A DNA stretch of 63,165 nucleotides, the filler included, from Diploschistes diacapsis (Eukaryota): assembly GCA_023645945.1 (NCBI GenBank). It is 16 parts of 16 records of this genome, joined end to end, with 100 filler letters (N's around TTAATTAATTAA, not from the genome) between each part and the next. Parts side by side here need not be neighbours in the genome. Positions count along the whole stretch, not along the records: positions 12,753 to 15,196 come from JALAIB010002207.1; positions 15,297 to 17,739 come from JALAIB010002208.1; positions 17,840 to 20,279 come from JALAIB010002209.1; positions 20,380 to 45,456 come from JALAIB010000221.1; 12 more parts are not named here. One strand, 5' to 3'. The first letter of the stretch is position 1; each line of letters starts with the position of its first letter. Below are positions 12,753 through 24,268 of this stretch, in pieces. The notes beneath the pieces were generated by a model, which was not told the origin of the DNA, did no database searches, and was given only the letters and a program-made list of their open reading frames with translations. The translations under genes were made by a program, and so were the position numbers.

Positions 12753-13378
12753 GATTATGTCAGCTGTTAACTTTTTTAAGAGAATTAAAAATAACGACTC
12801 GAAAAAGCGGATTTTTCGATTCATTAAAATCTGCGATAACGGAGTAAAAAATATTTTTTTGAATATATATTTACGAGCGATTTTATGCGTAGATTTTAGT
12901 AAATATAGTAAAAATCGGGTTTTCGAGGTCATACTGTCGTTGTGCGGCTTTATTCTTTAAAATCTGACAGATTTTAAATGATTTGGGTAGACGACGGCCA
13001 GTATTCGCTTAATTTAAAATGACTAAATAATAATGAAAAAGTCCACACAACGACAGTATAACGTCGAAAAAGCGTTTTTTATTATGTTTATTAAAATTTG
13101 CGCATAAAATTGCTCGTAATTATATATTCAAAAAAAAGTTCATCCCGTTATCGCTGATTTTAACGAATTGAAAAATCAGCTTTTTCGAATCGTTATTTTT
13201 TAATTCGCTTAAAAGAATTATCGGCTGCCATAATCAATGTGCACTTGTAAAATATAATAAAAAAAGATCGAAAAATAGTATTTCGGAAAAAAAACAAAAA
13301 TAACGGCTAATTTCGAAGAATTATGAAAGATTTGAAATATTTCTTGGCAAAAGTGGCCCACTTCCCCGTCAAACACGT
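12753..13378. mobile_element. Foldback/MITE-like element with long imperfect inverted arms
   Basis: 12753-12950 is the reverse complement of ~13038-13235. The element ends in AAACACGT|TA at 13378. Confidence 0.7.
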
Positions 13379-13702
13379 TATCTAAAAACCGTAGAATGTT
13401 AACGGTAATGATTTGAGGTGATCGGAATCTAGAAGTAGCCGGAATCCCCATTAAACACGTTATATTAGCCGTATATGCTCGCAACGCTATAGTACTAATT
13501 AGATAAAAGAAATTTGATTATAGCCTGATTTGATTATGTTATAAGGTTGAAAATATGTAGAAGGTGGGGTAGGTAGGCGGATGACTTGTGTGGGCGGATG
13601 ACTTGTGAAATACGTTAATAGTAATACATTACTATTGTACTCAGCAGTTATTCCTTTAGTTATTTATGTTTATTTAGTGTTACCTTACTTCTACTTTTAA
13701 CA
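13379..13702. mobile_element. Stack of nested ends: two further ACGT|TA transposon termini and a copia LTR end
   Basis: Termini at 13460 and 13615, each with internal direct repeats. 13617-13702 matches the LTR end at 60538-60620 (reverse complement) and ends TTTTAACA. Confidence 0.7.
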
Positions 13703-13977
13703 AATGGTTAGCCTGTAAGCCTCATACAGAACGCTGTCACTTCTTCTCCCCATTCTCTGGGTAGGGTGAGATTTAGATTTCATTGGCTTCTTGTTACAGC
13801 GTAGCTACAAAACATCTTATTGTGCTACTTTGAGTCCAGCATTTTCTCGTTGCGAGGAGATGGGATCAGGTGCATTCTATCGTTTTGATGTTGATTTGTT
13901 TCTTCGTAAAGCGTCACGACTTGTACTTGTCTACGCGGATTAAATTACGAACTTTCAGAAGACAAGCCTTGTCTCAA

Positions 13978-14381
13978 TGCGCCAAGTAATTGTCATCTTG
14001 CCTCTCTTTATCAGCGTTGCTACGGCCTCGTGCAGCTACCGCGTTGCTTTGGCAATCCCTAATATCTCCTCTCGTTGATTTAGTAATGCGTTATTATATA
14101 AGGCTTTTACAGTTCGCCAGCCTCCAGCGTCTGGTTAGTTACACATGATGTTCTGTCTCCTAGAATAGTACTTTGTCTAACTTCTGAAGCCTCGTACGGA
14201 GGCTGCGGCCTAGCTTTAGATTTTTTAATAACGACGTGTGGGATAACGGAAACCATCAACTCCACGGCCGCTCCTGCCGCCATTACTCTTGGCCCTACTG
14301 GTGTTGTTGCGTAACGCACAACCCACCCTGTAGTGGCGCTGTCGCTGACAATCGCCCATAGAGCAACGCCTGCTATAACTC
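13978..14381 (+). pseudogene. Putative small secreted Cys-rich protein gene, possibly disrupted
   Basis: Signal-peptide-like MRQVIVILPLFISVATASC and a clean GTTAGT..CTAAC..AAG intron (~14133-14189). The downstream frame reads ...SCRHYSWPYWCCCVTHNPPC...RP*SNACY. First donor unresolved. Confidence 0.35.
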
Positions 14382-14383
14382 TA

Positions 14384-15196
14384 GAGTGTTGCCCCTAATA
14401 ACCGAACGGACCCTAATAACCGAATATCTACAAACGCTTTTTACACCTAAAATACCCTCCCCTTTTTCATTCATTATAAGCTCTATATATTTTTTTATTT
14501 TTTACTAATTTAAACCTAGATATTTTCGATAATAAAAAATATTCTTATCGAGACGAAAACTCGATCCCTTTCGCTATCGTTTTACAAAATCGTTCGGCGC
14601 AACGGCGTCCCTCTCTCCTCCCTCCACGACAAGCTTGATGGCCGCCTTAAAAAATCTATTAATTATTAATCGCAATAGTTTTTGATTATTAAACAAAAGA
14701 ATGTCCTCGCGAAACATATAAAGCGTTTATAGACCGAAAAATTCTTTATTTTTATCATAATATTTAAAAATTTAACGACGGAAATCTAAAATGTTTCCGA
14801 ACCGAATAACCAGCGCCAGCCAGGCCGTAACTAACCGTAACGCTTCTTAAAAAGATATCTAAAACTAAATACAATTTAAAATAACTTTCTTTTAAGTAAA
14901 AAAGCCGACGCCGCGGTGTTAAAAATTTTACGTCCGTTTTTAAAGCGTCTTTAAAAGCTTCGCGTCCAATACGACGTTATTTTTAGAAATATCTGAAATA
15001 TAAACGAAAAAAGGATCCAACTCGACGCTAAAGAACGTACGAAAATCGTCGTACGTATTCTTTATCGTTAAGTCGATCGCCAGCGCTTAATCGCGAATAA
15101 TCGGGATTTAACGACGATAATCGAGACGGTCTCGATTAAAAAAGAATAGCTTTCCTTTTTAATCATTTTTAAAGGTAAAGAACTACAGGTAAAATA
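14384..15196 (+). mobile_element. Second copy of the pogo/Fot1-type transposon, left part
   Basis: Same TA|GAGTGTTGCCCC terminus and body as 4206-5004, with an independent set of C>T/G>A changes. Confidence 0.85.
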
Positions 15197-15837
15197 NNNN
15201 NNNNNNNNNNNNNNNNNNNNNNNNNNNNNNNNNNNNNNNNTTAATTAATTAANNNNNNNNNNNNNNNNNNNNNNNNNNNNNNNNNNNNNNNNNNNNCTAT
15301 ATTAAAGGATGTATTAGAAATAATTAAAAACATATTACTAAAAATAAGATAAGATAAAAAGCTTAAAGAAAGTTAAATAATAAAGACGAAGAAAGATGCC
15401 CTCGTCGAAAAAGCAAAAAAAATTGCTATTAAAACAGCATTAACAGCTAAAATAATACATAAACGGTAAACAAGTTAAGATTATTTAGATACCATAGACC
15501 GCTATCGCGACATTAAATCAAATAAATTATTATTCTTTTATAAAAAAACTGTTCAAAAACATAACCGTTAAATAATAAATAGAAAAAGTATATTTATCAT
15601 ATCACATAAATATTTTCTTAACGATAAAATTAAGATACGTTTCGTTATATAATCGCTTACTAGCAAGACCGAAGAAACATAAGTTCTATTTTAAAAAAAT
15701 AAGTACTTTTTCGATTTTACGTGGGATTACTTTAAACTATTCTTACTAAATAGGATCAAGGAGTCTATCAATCGCTCGCTATTAATCTATTAAAACTAAA
15801 AATTAGCAAAATAGGATTTCTATTAATCAGTTTAGAA

Positions 15838-16400
15838 TAGGCTGGCCGTCACTGACACTGATAGTGTTAGTGTCCGTGTTTTAGATTTTTTAACTGCGGT
15901 GTCCGTGTCCGTGGATTCACGGAAGTGCAGTGTCCGTGTTAGTGTCAGTATTTTTAAATTTTTAATTGCAATGTCCGTGTCCGTGCTTTTATTATAGTGT
16001 AATGTCCGTATTAGTGTCCGTGTCGAGAAAATTTTTATTGCGATATCCGTGTCCGTGCATTTACCGAAACATTTTAAAATATTTTTTTAATTTTAATAAT
16101 TTTGGAATTATTACGTCTATTTCTTACGTTTAAATTTTTTTAAAATTTTTTTACCGCGGTGTTTCGATAGATTTACCGTAATGTTTCGGTGGATTTACGG
16201 AAATGTAATGTCCGTATTAATGTTAGTGTTTTAAAATTTTTAATTATAGTATCCGTGTCCGTGCTTTCACTGTAGTATAGTATCCGTGTCAGTATCCGTG
16301 TTTTAAAATTTTAGCTGTCGTGTCCGTGTTAGTATCCGTGTTTTGAAAATTTTTGCTGCAGTGTCCGTGTCAGTGACCGTGGCACGAAACGGCCAGCCTA
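15838..16400. mobile_element. Non-autonomous TIR element with GTGTCCGT subterminal arrays
   Basis: TAGGCTGGCCGT...ACGGCCAGCCTA termini and many GTGTCCGT(GTCCGT) units. Related copies at 47890-47988 and 50916-51188. Confidence 0.8.
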
Positions 16401-17739
16401 ATATCAATACTCTAACTTACGTTTAACGTTAGATGAATAACTTACTACGCGATTTGAAAGCTTTTTATTGAACATATTAGGACGATATTGTGATTCATAG
16501 TACGACATTGATCGAACATCTTAACTACTTCTATTAGATATTCGCTAAACTTGACAGCATTAATATCACGCTTATTCCGAAGAAGAGCTACATTAACTTC
16601 CCTTCCGTTCAGCTATTAAGACAGAAAGTAGATAGGCTAGGCCTAATCACATTTACGGACAAGCTTAAAATCATTATAGAATTTAGTTTTTTAGAGAACT
16701 TGGCCCAGCTAAAATATTATATTGAATTAATAGGATACATACGCAAATATATATTCTATTATATAGCGATAGTAGAACTTTTAGAAAAGCGTAAAGCGAT
16801 ATTTAATTAAAAGTTCAAATCGGCTTCTAAGAAATCTACGAAAGAAACGAATAGACCTAGAAGAAGAAACCACGCTAAGAAGAAATTGCTATAAGAACCA
16901 ATAAAAAAAGAGTTTTTAACTTTCACATAGCTTCGTGATATCTTTATTAAAAGTACGATATTGGTCTATCCCGATAGGCGCCGAAAACTGTACGGAGATA
17001 TCGATATTAATAAGATTTTTAAAATTGGCTGCATACTTTATCACGTTAAAGTAAATATAAAGTTTAATTCCTATAGATATCTAGTTTATAATTCTATAAA
17101 GCCAATTCTGTTCCTATTTCGTAAATTAAACGACGTCGAAAAGAAATATTAACCAACGGAATTAAAAATAGTTAAACTGGTTTAATTTTTTAAGAAAGTC
17201 CGACATTTAATCGAATTTAACGAAGATATATTTAATATCTTTTTTATAGACCATACCGTTACGGTCGAGATAAGTAAGCAAGTTTTTTTTAATACGATTA
17301 ATATAGAGAAGTTTAATTTACGTCTAGTCCGGGCATCTGAGTATATTTAAAAGTTTGATATAGTCGTCAAATATACCCCTAAGAAGAAGAACTTGGTTCC
17401 CGATATACTATTACGATTAACATTAAAAGAATTTTAAACAGAATTTAACGAAGGTATATTAGATGTTTTTTAAAATTCTATCGAGACGATTACATACCTA
17501 ATTACGATTATTTAGATGGTATTTAAGCTGAAAGACATGCTTTTGGTTGGATATTAAGAATCTAGATAATAGAAAGTCTTGATCAAGATAAATAAAAACG
17601 ACGCTTTAAAAAAGAACGCGGTGAGGCTATTTTATAAGAAAATTAACGGCATTTTATATTTTAATAATCTTGTCGTGGGATACCGTCTTTGCGTATTTTC
17701 GTCGCTCGAAGTAAAGTTCTTTAAGTAGGTTCACGATAA
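16401..17739 (+). mobile_element. RIP-degraded Ty3/gypsy pol (RT, RNase H, integrase start)
   Basis: Y*DDIVIHS (RT YxDD, ~16475), PKKSYINFPSVQLLRQKVDRLGL, LYGDID..K..IGCILYHVK and PILFLFRKLNDVEKKY*PTELK (RNase H). Confidence 0.9.
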
Positions 17740-17839
17740 NNNNNNNNNNNNNNNNNNNNNNNNNNNNNNNNNNNNNNNNNNNNTTAATTAATTAANNNNN
17801 NNNNNNNNNNNNNNNNNNNNNNNNNNNNNNNNNNNNNNN

Positions 17840-18217
17840 AATTTAATTAGGATGACACGGGTTACGTAACGAGTAAAAGGTCTGAAAGACCATTCTATTT
17901 AGTCGTAAATAAAAAGAAAGAACGGTAATTTTATTTATTTATTTATTTATTTTATTAAGAGAATTATTGATTATATAAGAACGTCGTTATAATCTTTATG
18001 AATTTAAAGCGTATTTACTTTTATAGACATCCTTAGTTATTACTCGGGATCAATTTATATTCGTTATTTCTATTATTAAAAAGCCTTCTTTCTAGAGACA
18101 GTCCAAGACCTGTAACTGCTCTACCTTCTTCTCTTGCTTGCACTCCTCTTCTAAACGAGACCAAACCTACCTTGATTAATACCTCGTGTCTACCTTGTAG
18201 AGATAGAGATCATAACA
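17840..18217 (+). repeat. Family A LTR, 3' portion
   Basis: Homologous to 11640-12094 and ends GATCATAACA. Confidence 0.75.
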
Positions 18218-18319
18218 TATTTTCGAATTCCGGTTATCGTGGACTTACTCGAATACTTAATTCGGTTAATATTTTAAACTTTCGTTACGAATACGAAGGT
18301 AAAATAAGCTTTTCGAATA

Positions 18320-20279
18320 TGAAACGCCAGCGTAAGAATGGAATATTATATTATCGGGAGCTAGATCTAATCCGAAAAGATTACGTGTAGCTAAGTATTT
18401 ATAAATTAAAGGTCTTAATTCGAAAAGTTAGAGAAGAAATTATCTAAATAGGAAGATAATAGGAATAAATAGTGTGTAAGTGCCAGCCCTATAGGGTTCG
18501 GATCCTACCCGTTTACACAGCCACCCCCTAACATCCTTGGCACGGTTGGTACCCGTCATGTGACCCTGCCGTCATGTGACCCTGCCGTCACGTGACCCTG
18601 CCGTCACGTGACCCTGCCGTCACGTGACCCCGGTGGCTTGGCACGCCTGGGCTGATCTGTCTCACTTTCCTTCTTTATCTTTCTCGATTTTAAAAACGTG
18701 ACGACGTTTTTTACGCGTTATAAATTGTTTCGAAATTATTAAACTCGATTTACTCGAATTATTATTTAAGAATTTCGTTTATATTAAATCTAAAACGATT
18801 TATTAATTCGATTCGTTTATTTAATTTACGTTTTTTACGATTATTAAGAAACGTTTTTTATTCTCGGGTTTCTTTACGAAGCGTTGTGAATTTAATATAC
18901 GTCGATTTAAACATACGGGTTTGAAACGCCAGCGCAGGAATGGGATACTACACTACCGGGGGCTGGGCCTGATCCGGAAGGATTACGTATAGCTAGGCAT
19001 CTACAGGTAAAAGGTCTCGATTCGAAAAATTAAAAAAGAAACTATTTAAATAAGAAGAAGATACCGTTAAATAATATAAATGTCAGACCTATCGGGGTTC
19101 GGGGACTACCCGTTTATACAACCATTTCCTGACCCTGCCGTGTCTTGGCAAGCACCTGGATATTAATTCTACCGTGTCTTGGCAAGTATCTAAGTATTGA
19201 CCCTGCCTTGGCTTGGCAGGTCCTTAAGCTGGGCTATCTCATTATCTTTTTTTCCAGATGCTTGTATCTCTTATAAACGCGATGTTCTTTTTAGACAATT
19301 TTTACCTCGATCTTTCTCTCTTTTTTTAATTTTTCTAAAAGGATATTCGTTATTTTTTCGTAATAGATGTTTCCGTTTCTTTAAATTCTTTTTAACGTCG
19401 TTTTAAACGACAAGGTATTATAGATTCAAGATCTCGATACCGTATTAATTATATAAAGAATATATAAAATATAAAATATTGAAACGCCAGCGCAGGAAAG
19501 GATGCTACTCTACCGGGGGCTGGGCCTGATCCGGAAGGATTAGGTGTAGCTTGAGCATCTGCAGGTAAAAGGTCTCGATTCGAAAAGTTGAAGAAAAAAT
19601 TATTTAAGTGAGAAGAAGGTATCGTTAAGTAATATAGATATCGGACCTATTAGGGTTCGAGGATTACCCGTCTATATAACTATTTTTTAACCCTGCCGTG
19701 TTTTAGCAAGCATCTGGGCATTAACCCTACCGTGTCTTGGCAAGTATCTAAACATTGACCCTGCCGTGTCTTGATAAGCATTTAGGCATTAACCCTACCG
19801 TGTCTTGACAAACCCCTGGACATTAATCTTACCATAACTTAACAGGTCCCTAAGCTGGGCTGTTTTACTACCCTCTTCTCCAGATGCTTGTGTCTCTTAC
19901 AAACGCGATAGTCTTTTTTTAATTAATCTCTATCTCGATTTTCATCCCTTTTTTTAATTTATTTAAAAAATACTCGTTATTTTTTTATAATAGATATTTT
20001 CGTTTTTTTAAACCCTTTTTAGCGTCGTTTTTAATTAAATACGCTTTTAGATTTTATAAAAAAATATAATCGTCGTGATAATCGATATCGTTTTATTTTA
20101 AAAATTTATTTTCGTTTATAATTTTTATTAACGTTAATTATCTATTCTCGGATATTATTAATCACGGGAATCTTATCTTTTTAAAATTTAATTAATAAAA
20201 CTTTCGTAGGATCTCGAGAACATTTTCGAAATTAACGATAAAATATTAATTATCGTTAATAAATTATTTTATTTAACGT
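18320..20279 (-). mobile_element. Three nested 3' ends of LTR family B (LTRs 18320-18664, 18922-19241, 19480-19867)
   Basis: Each runs TGAAACGCCAGCG...(T/C)A with GACCCTGCCGT tandem units and is followed by a pyrimidine tract (minus-strand PPT). LTRs 2 and 3 share the same adjacent internal sequence. Confidence 0.8.
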
Positions 20280-20379
20280 NNNNNNNNNNNNNNNNNNNNN
20301 NNNNNNNNNNNNNNNNNNNNNNNTTAATTAATTAANNNNNNNNNNNNNNNNNNNNNNNNNNNNNNNNNNNNNNNNNNNN

Positions 20380-20926
20380 GGTTTGGGGGGGCTTCGACGT
20401 GGAGATGGTGGTCCAGGAAGAGGTGAAGGAGGAGGAGGAGGCGGACCGGTGTAGGATCTCTTCGATCTGTGCGACCGGCACGCCGGCGAGGATGCTGATC
20501 AGGAGCTTGCCCTGCAGCGCCTCGCAGATCTCGGGCGGGGAGAGGATGCTTTCGACCATTTGCGGCTTGCAGCCCAGGAGGACGACGTCGGCGAGGCGGC
20601 AGCCAGTAACGTTGTCGTTTTGGAGAACCGTGAGGTTTGGCGTAAGGGAAGAGAGGGCATCTTCGACGGCTTGAGCGGAGGAGGGGCGGGTCACGCAGGC
20701 GACAAAGCGGGTGGGGAGTTGCTTTGGGGCGGAAGAGGTATCCGATGTCGAGGCATGCTTGGAAGTCAAGATTCCTCGCAGAATGGCCTTGCCAAGGGTC
20801 CCTGGGGCCGGATCAGCGAGGGTCTGACATGGTGAAGGCGGAGGAGGTGAGGGTACCGCAGCCGAGGACGGTGAGGGTTATTTCTTTAGGTTTAGTGTCG
20901 GGGTTAGCCCAGTTTGTGGAAGACAT
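20380..20926 (-). CDS. PRO3: Pyrroline-5-carboxylate reductase, 3'-partial
   Basis: Spliced Rossmann motif LTVLGCGTLGKAILRGIL, then ADVVLLGCKPQ and LLISILAGV. Truncated by the contig end. Confidence 0.9.
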
Positions 20927-21284
20927 CTTTTGTCACGTGGTTTCCGTATGTTCTCTGAATAACAACCGATATTCTAAAAAAACTCCGTTCATACATTAAG
21001 CATCCACGATGGCGAAATCCAAGGACGAACAAGTTCCTGATATTGGCCTTAATGCAGGTACAGCCCTGCCAAGTTCAGCTAACAGCGGAAGCGGTTCCTC
21101 CAATCTGGAGGCGAAAGGAGATAGTGAGTATCTTGCCCTTATCGCCGATTGGTGGATGCTGCTTGGACGATATCTGAACATCTTTCTTGCTCTTAAGGAA
21201 GTCCATGGCTTGTCCTTACTTTGTCTACATTATGCTCTTCCCCTTGCAAGCTGCCACTCGTGTATCTCACTGACCACCATCACC

Positions 21285-22146
21285 ATGGCAGACCCTTTCG
21301 AAGTGCGTATGCGCTTTACTAGCCAGCTTGTCCATCTGAATGCCTCAGTGAACTCCGCCCAGAAAGCTGCCCACTATGCAATCAAGTACCACGACATGGA
21401 CGAGGACTTGCACTCGTGCATTCTCGAGCAGCTTGAGAAGGTAAGCCTTGAGCATTTACACTGAGGCCGTCAGGTCATGTACTAAGGTTCTCTAGAACAA
21501 TATGAACAATCGCGCCAATATCTTCTTCTTCATTGAGCAACTATGTGAGCTCGCTCAGCGTGAGAACCACCTGTCATTCGTTGCGATGATTCGCCGGGAC
21601 ATCTTCCGAATCGTCGATGCTGTAGCACCAAGTGACGGGTCTGGCGCGGCAAATGTCAAGGTTGTTCGCAAGGTTTGTATACTCTGCTGTGCATCTCAGC
21701 TGTTTCTCTAACACGCTTCCTAGGGCCTACCCAAACTGGAGCAACTCTCCGTTCTCACGTCCGAGACTGTGGCCGAACTCTACGCCGGTCTAAAAGAACG
21801 CGATGTCTCTCAGTCCCACCCTGGCCTCTCCCCCTCCAACAACGCCGAAGGGAGCTCGTCTGCACCGGACCGCAAACCTGTTGCGGCCCCCACCGCTTCG
21901 TCTGGCCTGACCAAGCTCGACAAGCGGCAGATTGAACAGCGGATCGAAGAGGATCGCGAGCGCCACAAGCGTCTCAAGGAACAGATGTGGTCCGTTTCGG
22001 GTGATGGCTATGACGAGGCGGACAAACTATGGGACGAGACGTCAGACTTCGGCGAGGACGACCTCATCGCCGCTCGGGAAGAGACGGCCGACATGATGGG
22101 TCTGTCGCTTGAGGAGCTAGACAAAGAATTCGGCAAGATGCCTTGA
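21285..22146 (+). CDS. CTK3: CTD kinase subunit gamma (251 aa)
   Basis: Exons 21285-21440, 21496-21672, 21724-22146. Motifs MADPFEVRMRF, EDLHSCILEQLE, NNRANIFFFIE and QRIEEDRERHKR. Confidence 0.92.
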
Positions 22147-22515
22147 GGGAGTTCACTGAAAGTGGCATTCGATTTATTGAGCGTTTTCTTAGCATAGCGA
22201 GAGATACCCCAGGTACGGCGTTGGAACAGGTACGGCGATGGCGGTTTACTTATATGACGACATGGCGGCTCTACTGTTCTGGTACTGGCGGCATTTGGAG
22301 AGATTTGCTTTAGAAGTTACTGCATACAATCGATGGAAATGAATGAGATTCTTATGACACCAGAACCTTGTCGAGGTACGAAACGCTTGCATTTGAGAGC
22401 GGCCCTAGCCATGCCATACATCCTATGCATCATCTCAGCCAAACACCATGTGCGCTATATAGAGCCTCCAATCTATAATACAGCCCAGAACCACCGCCCT
22501 CTCACCATAACCCTT

Positions 22516-23197
22516 CTAATCCGCAGTAACAACAGCCCCAAGCCCCTTCATCGTCTCCACAATCTTCTCGCAGTCCTCCTTCGGCACCCCCTCCTTCATC
22601 ATCTTCGGCGCGCTCTCAACAAACTTCTTGCTGTCCACCAGACTCAGGCCCAGCATGCTCTTGATCTCCTTGATGACCTTCGGCTTGGCCCCGGCGTCGA
22701 ACGATTTCAGCGTCAGCGTGAAGAGCGTCTTTTCCTGGGCCGCGGGCGCGGCTTCTTCTTCCTCGGCCGCGGCAGGCGCGGCGGCCGGTGCGGCGGCGGC
22801 GAAACCGCCCATTGGCATGTCGGGGATATTCAGGCGGGCCTGCGGACGCAAGGAGGTTAGTGTCTAAGCGCGTCGGAGCTTGTGGAGAGAACTAGCTGCA
22901 GGATGTACAGATGAAGAAGTCTCAAGAGCAGGAATGGGGGGCAAGGGTTGAAATGCATGCCTTTAACGACGACACGAGATCGGCTGTTTCCAATAGCGTC
23001 AATTGACTTATCTGGTCAACAATCTGCGACACCTTCGGGCTCGCTGTCGGCGTCGCAGCTGCAGCTTCCGTCGAGTCCCATCTCCGCTGCGCCGGCTGGC
23101 GTCTGTGCTGTGTGAAGAGAGCCGGGGTCGAAGAGGACGGCCGCAGAGAGTGCCGTAAGGAGCGGGCGCAGCAGCGCAATGGAGCCGAGACGGACAT
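22516..23197 (-). CDS. MRPL12: Mitochondrial ribosomal protein L7/L12 (186 aa)
   Basis: Arg/Ser-rich presequence, IVDQISQLTLLETADLVSSLK|ARLNIP, Ala hinge and KPKVIKEIKSMLGLSLVDSKKFVESAP. Intron 22960-22840 is GC-AG. Confidence 0.92.
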
Positions 23198-23343
23198 GGT
23201 GGATGATGGTGGTGCGAGCTTGATGATTGGAATAACCGCAGGAAGCAGATTTATTTCTTGAGGCTCAAGATGGAAGCTTCAAGGATTAGCCTTAGCGTGG
23301 CTTGGCAGGTAGCGGACTCGTTGCGGAGGCCTTTTCACCGCGC

Positions 23344-24081
23344 TTAATTATTCTGCCTCACTGTCTTTCGGTCAGATATAGCATGACCACAATTCTCCGA
23401 GCAATTCATCAAGTATTCGAATCCATGACTATAGGTCTGGGACTTGCAGCCAAAAACCCAATGTCGAACTTGTTCCTCTCCGCTGACGAGGCGGTTTTTG
23501 TCAAATGGGTTGGCTTCGGTTGGGGCCTCGCTACGTTTCTTCGCCATATACGCGAGCGTTTCCTCGTCAAGCACACACGACGTCGTGGTGAAGGAGAGAG
23601 GAGGAATGATGGAGGAACCGCAGTCTAAAGTCCTCGGCGTGGGTTTTGATGCATTATTTTTTGGTCTTGACGAAAGGGGGAGATAGTCCGGGGAGGTATG
23701 GAAGCCAACTTCATCGATGCCTCCAGGCGGGTTCTAACTTTATTTCCAGCGAAACCACCATCTCAGATACAGAGCTTAAGGTTGTATCTTTGGTGACACC
23801 TAGGTACCGTACCCTGGTGGCTCTACTCGTGTGGCAGCAACCGCTACGCTCAAGCGCATCTGCATGTCTCCCCTATCTTACCAAGCATGCAGCGCAGAGG
23901 CAGCTTGTCAGTGAGATAATCCTCCGGGTCCAGCCAAGAGCTCCGCAGCTTCACATCCGGATACACTTTCGGACAAAGCTTGAAGAAGATCTGCTTCCTT
24001 GCCACACTCACACACGCCTCTTCCTCCTGCCACCCTTATTTTAAAAGGGTCTGCATCAATTGCGGTCATGCCTTCCGACAT
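23344..24081 (-). CDS. Possible lineage-specific spliced hypothetical gene
   Basis: Open frame of ~130 codons at 23733-23344 preceded by a TAG acceptor, a GTACGG donor near 23812 and an ATG at 24081. No recognisable domain; the exon structure is uncertain. Confidence 0.25.
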
Positions 24082-24268
24082 CGTAGAAAAGGGTGGTATT
24101 TCACAGTTTCAAATACAGGCTTATTTTAGAGCATCCAGACTATTCGGATGTTCGAAACCAAAGCAGTCAATGAGTTCCTGGGTATTCTATGCAATCTTTG
24201 GTATCTTGAGCAAGGACCGATTGCACTAGTCAATATACATCCGAATGTTAAATTTAAGTCCACTTATA

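Noticed and set aside
18556..18632. 16-bp GACCCTGCCGTCACGT repeats (and the ~34-bp units at 44712-44835) as a CRISPR-like array
   Set aside because: No unique spacers and no cas genes; they are tandem repeats inside a fungal LTR.
21009..21284. N-terminal extension of the CTK3 ORF
   Set aside because: The family start is MADPFEVR at 21285; the upstream part is promoter or UTR shared with PRO3.
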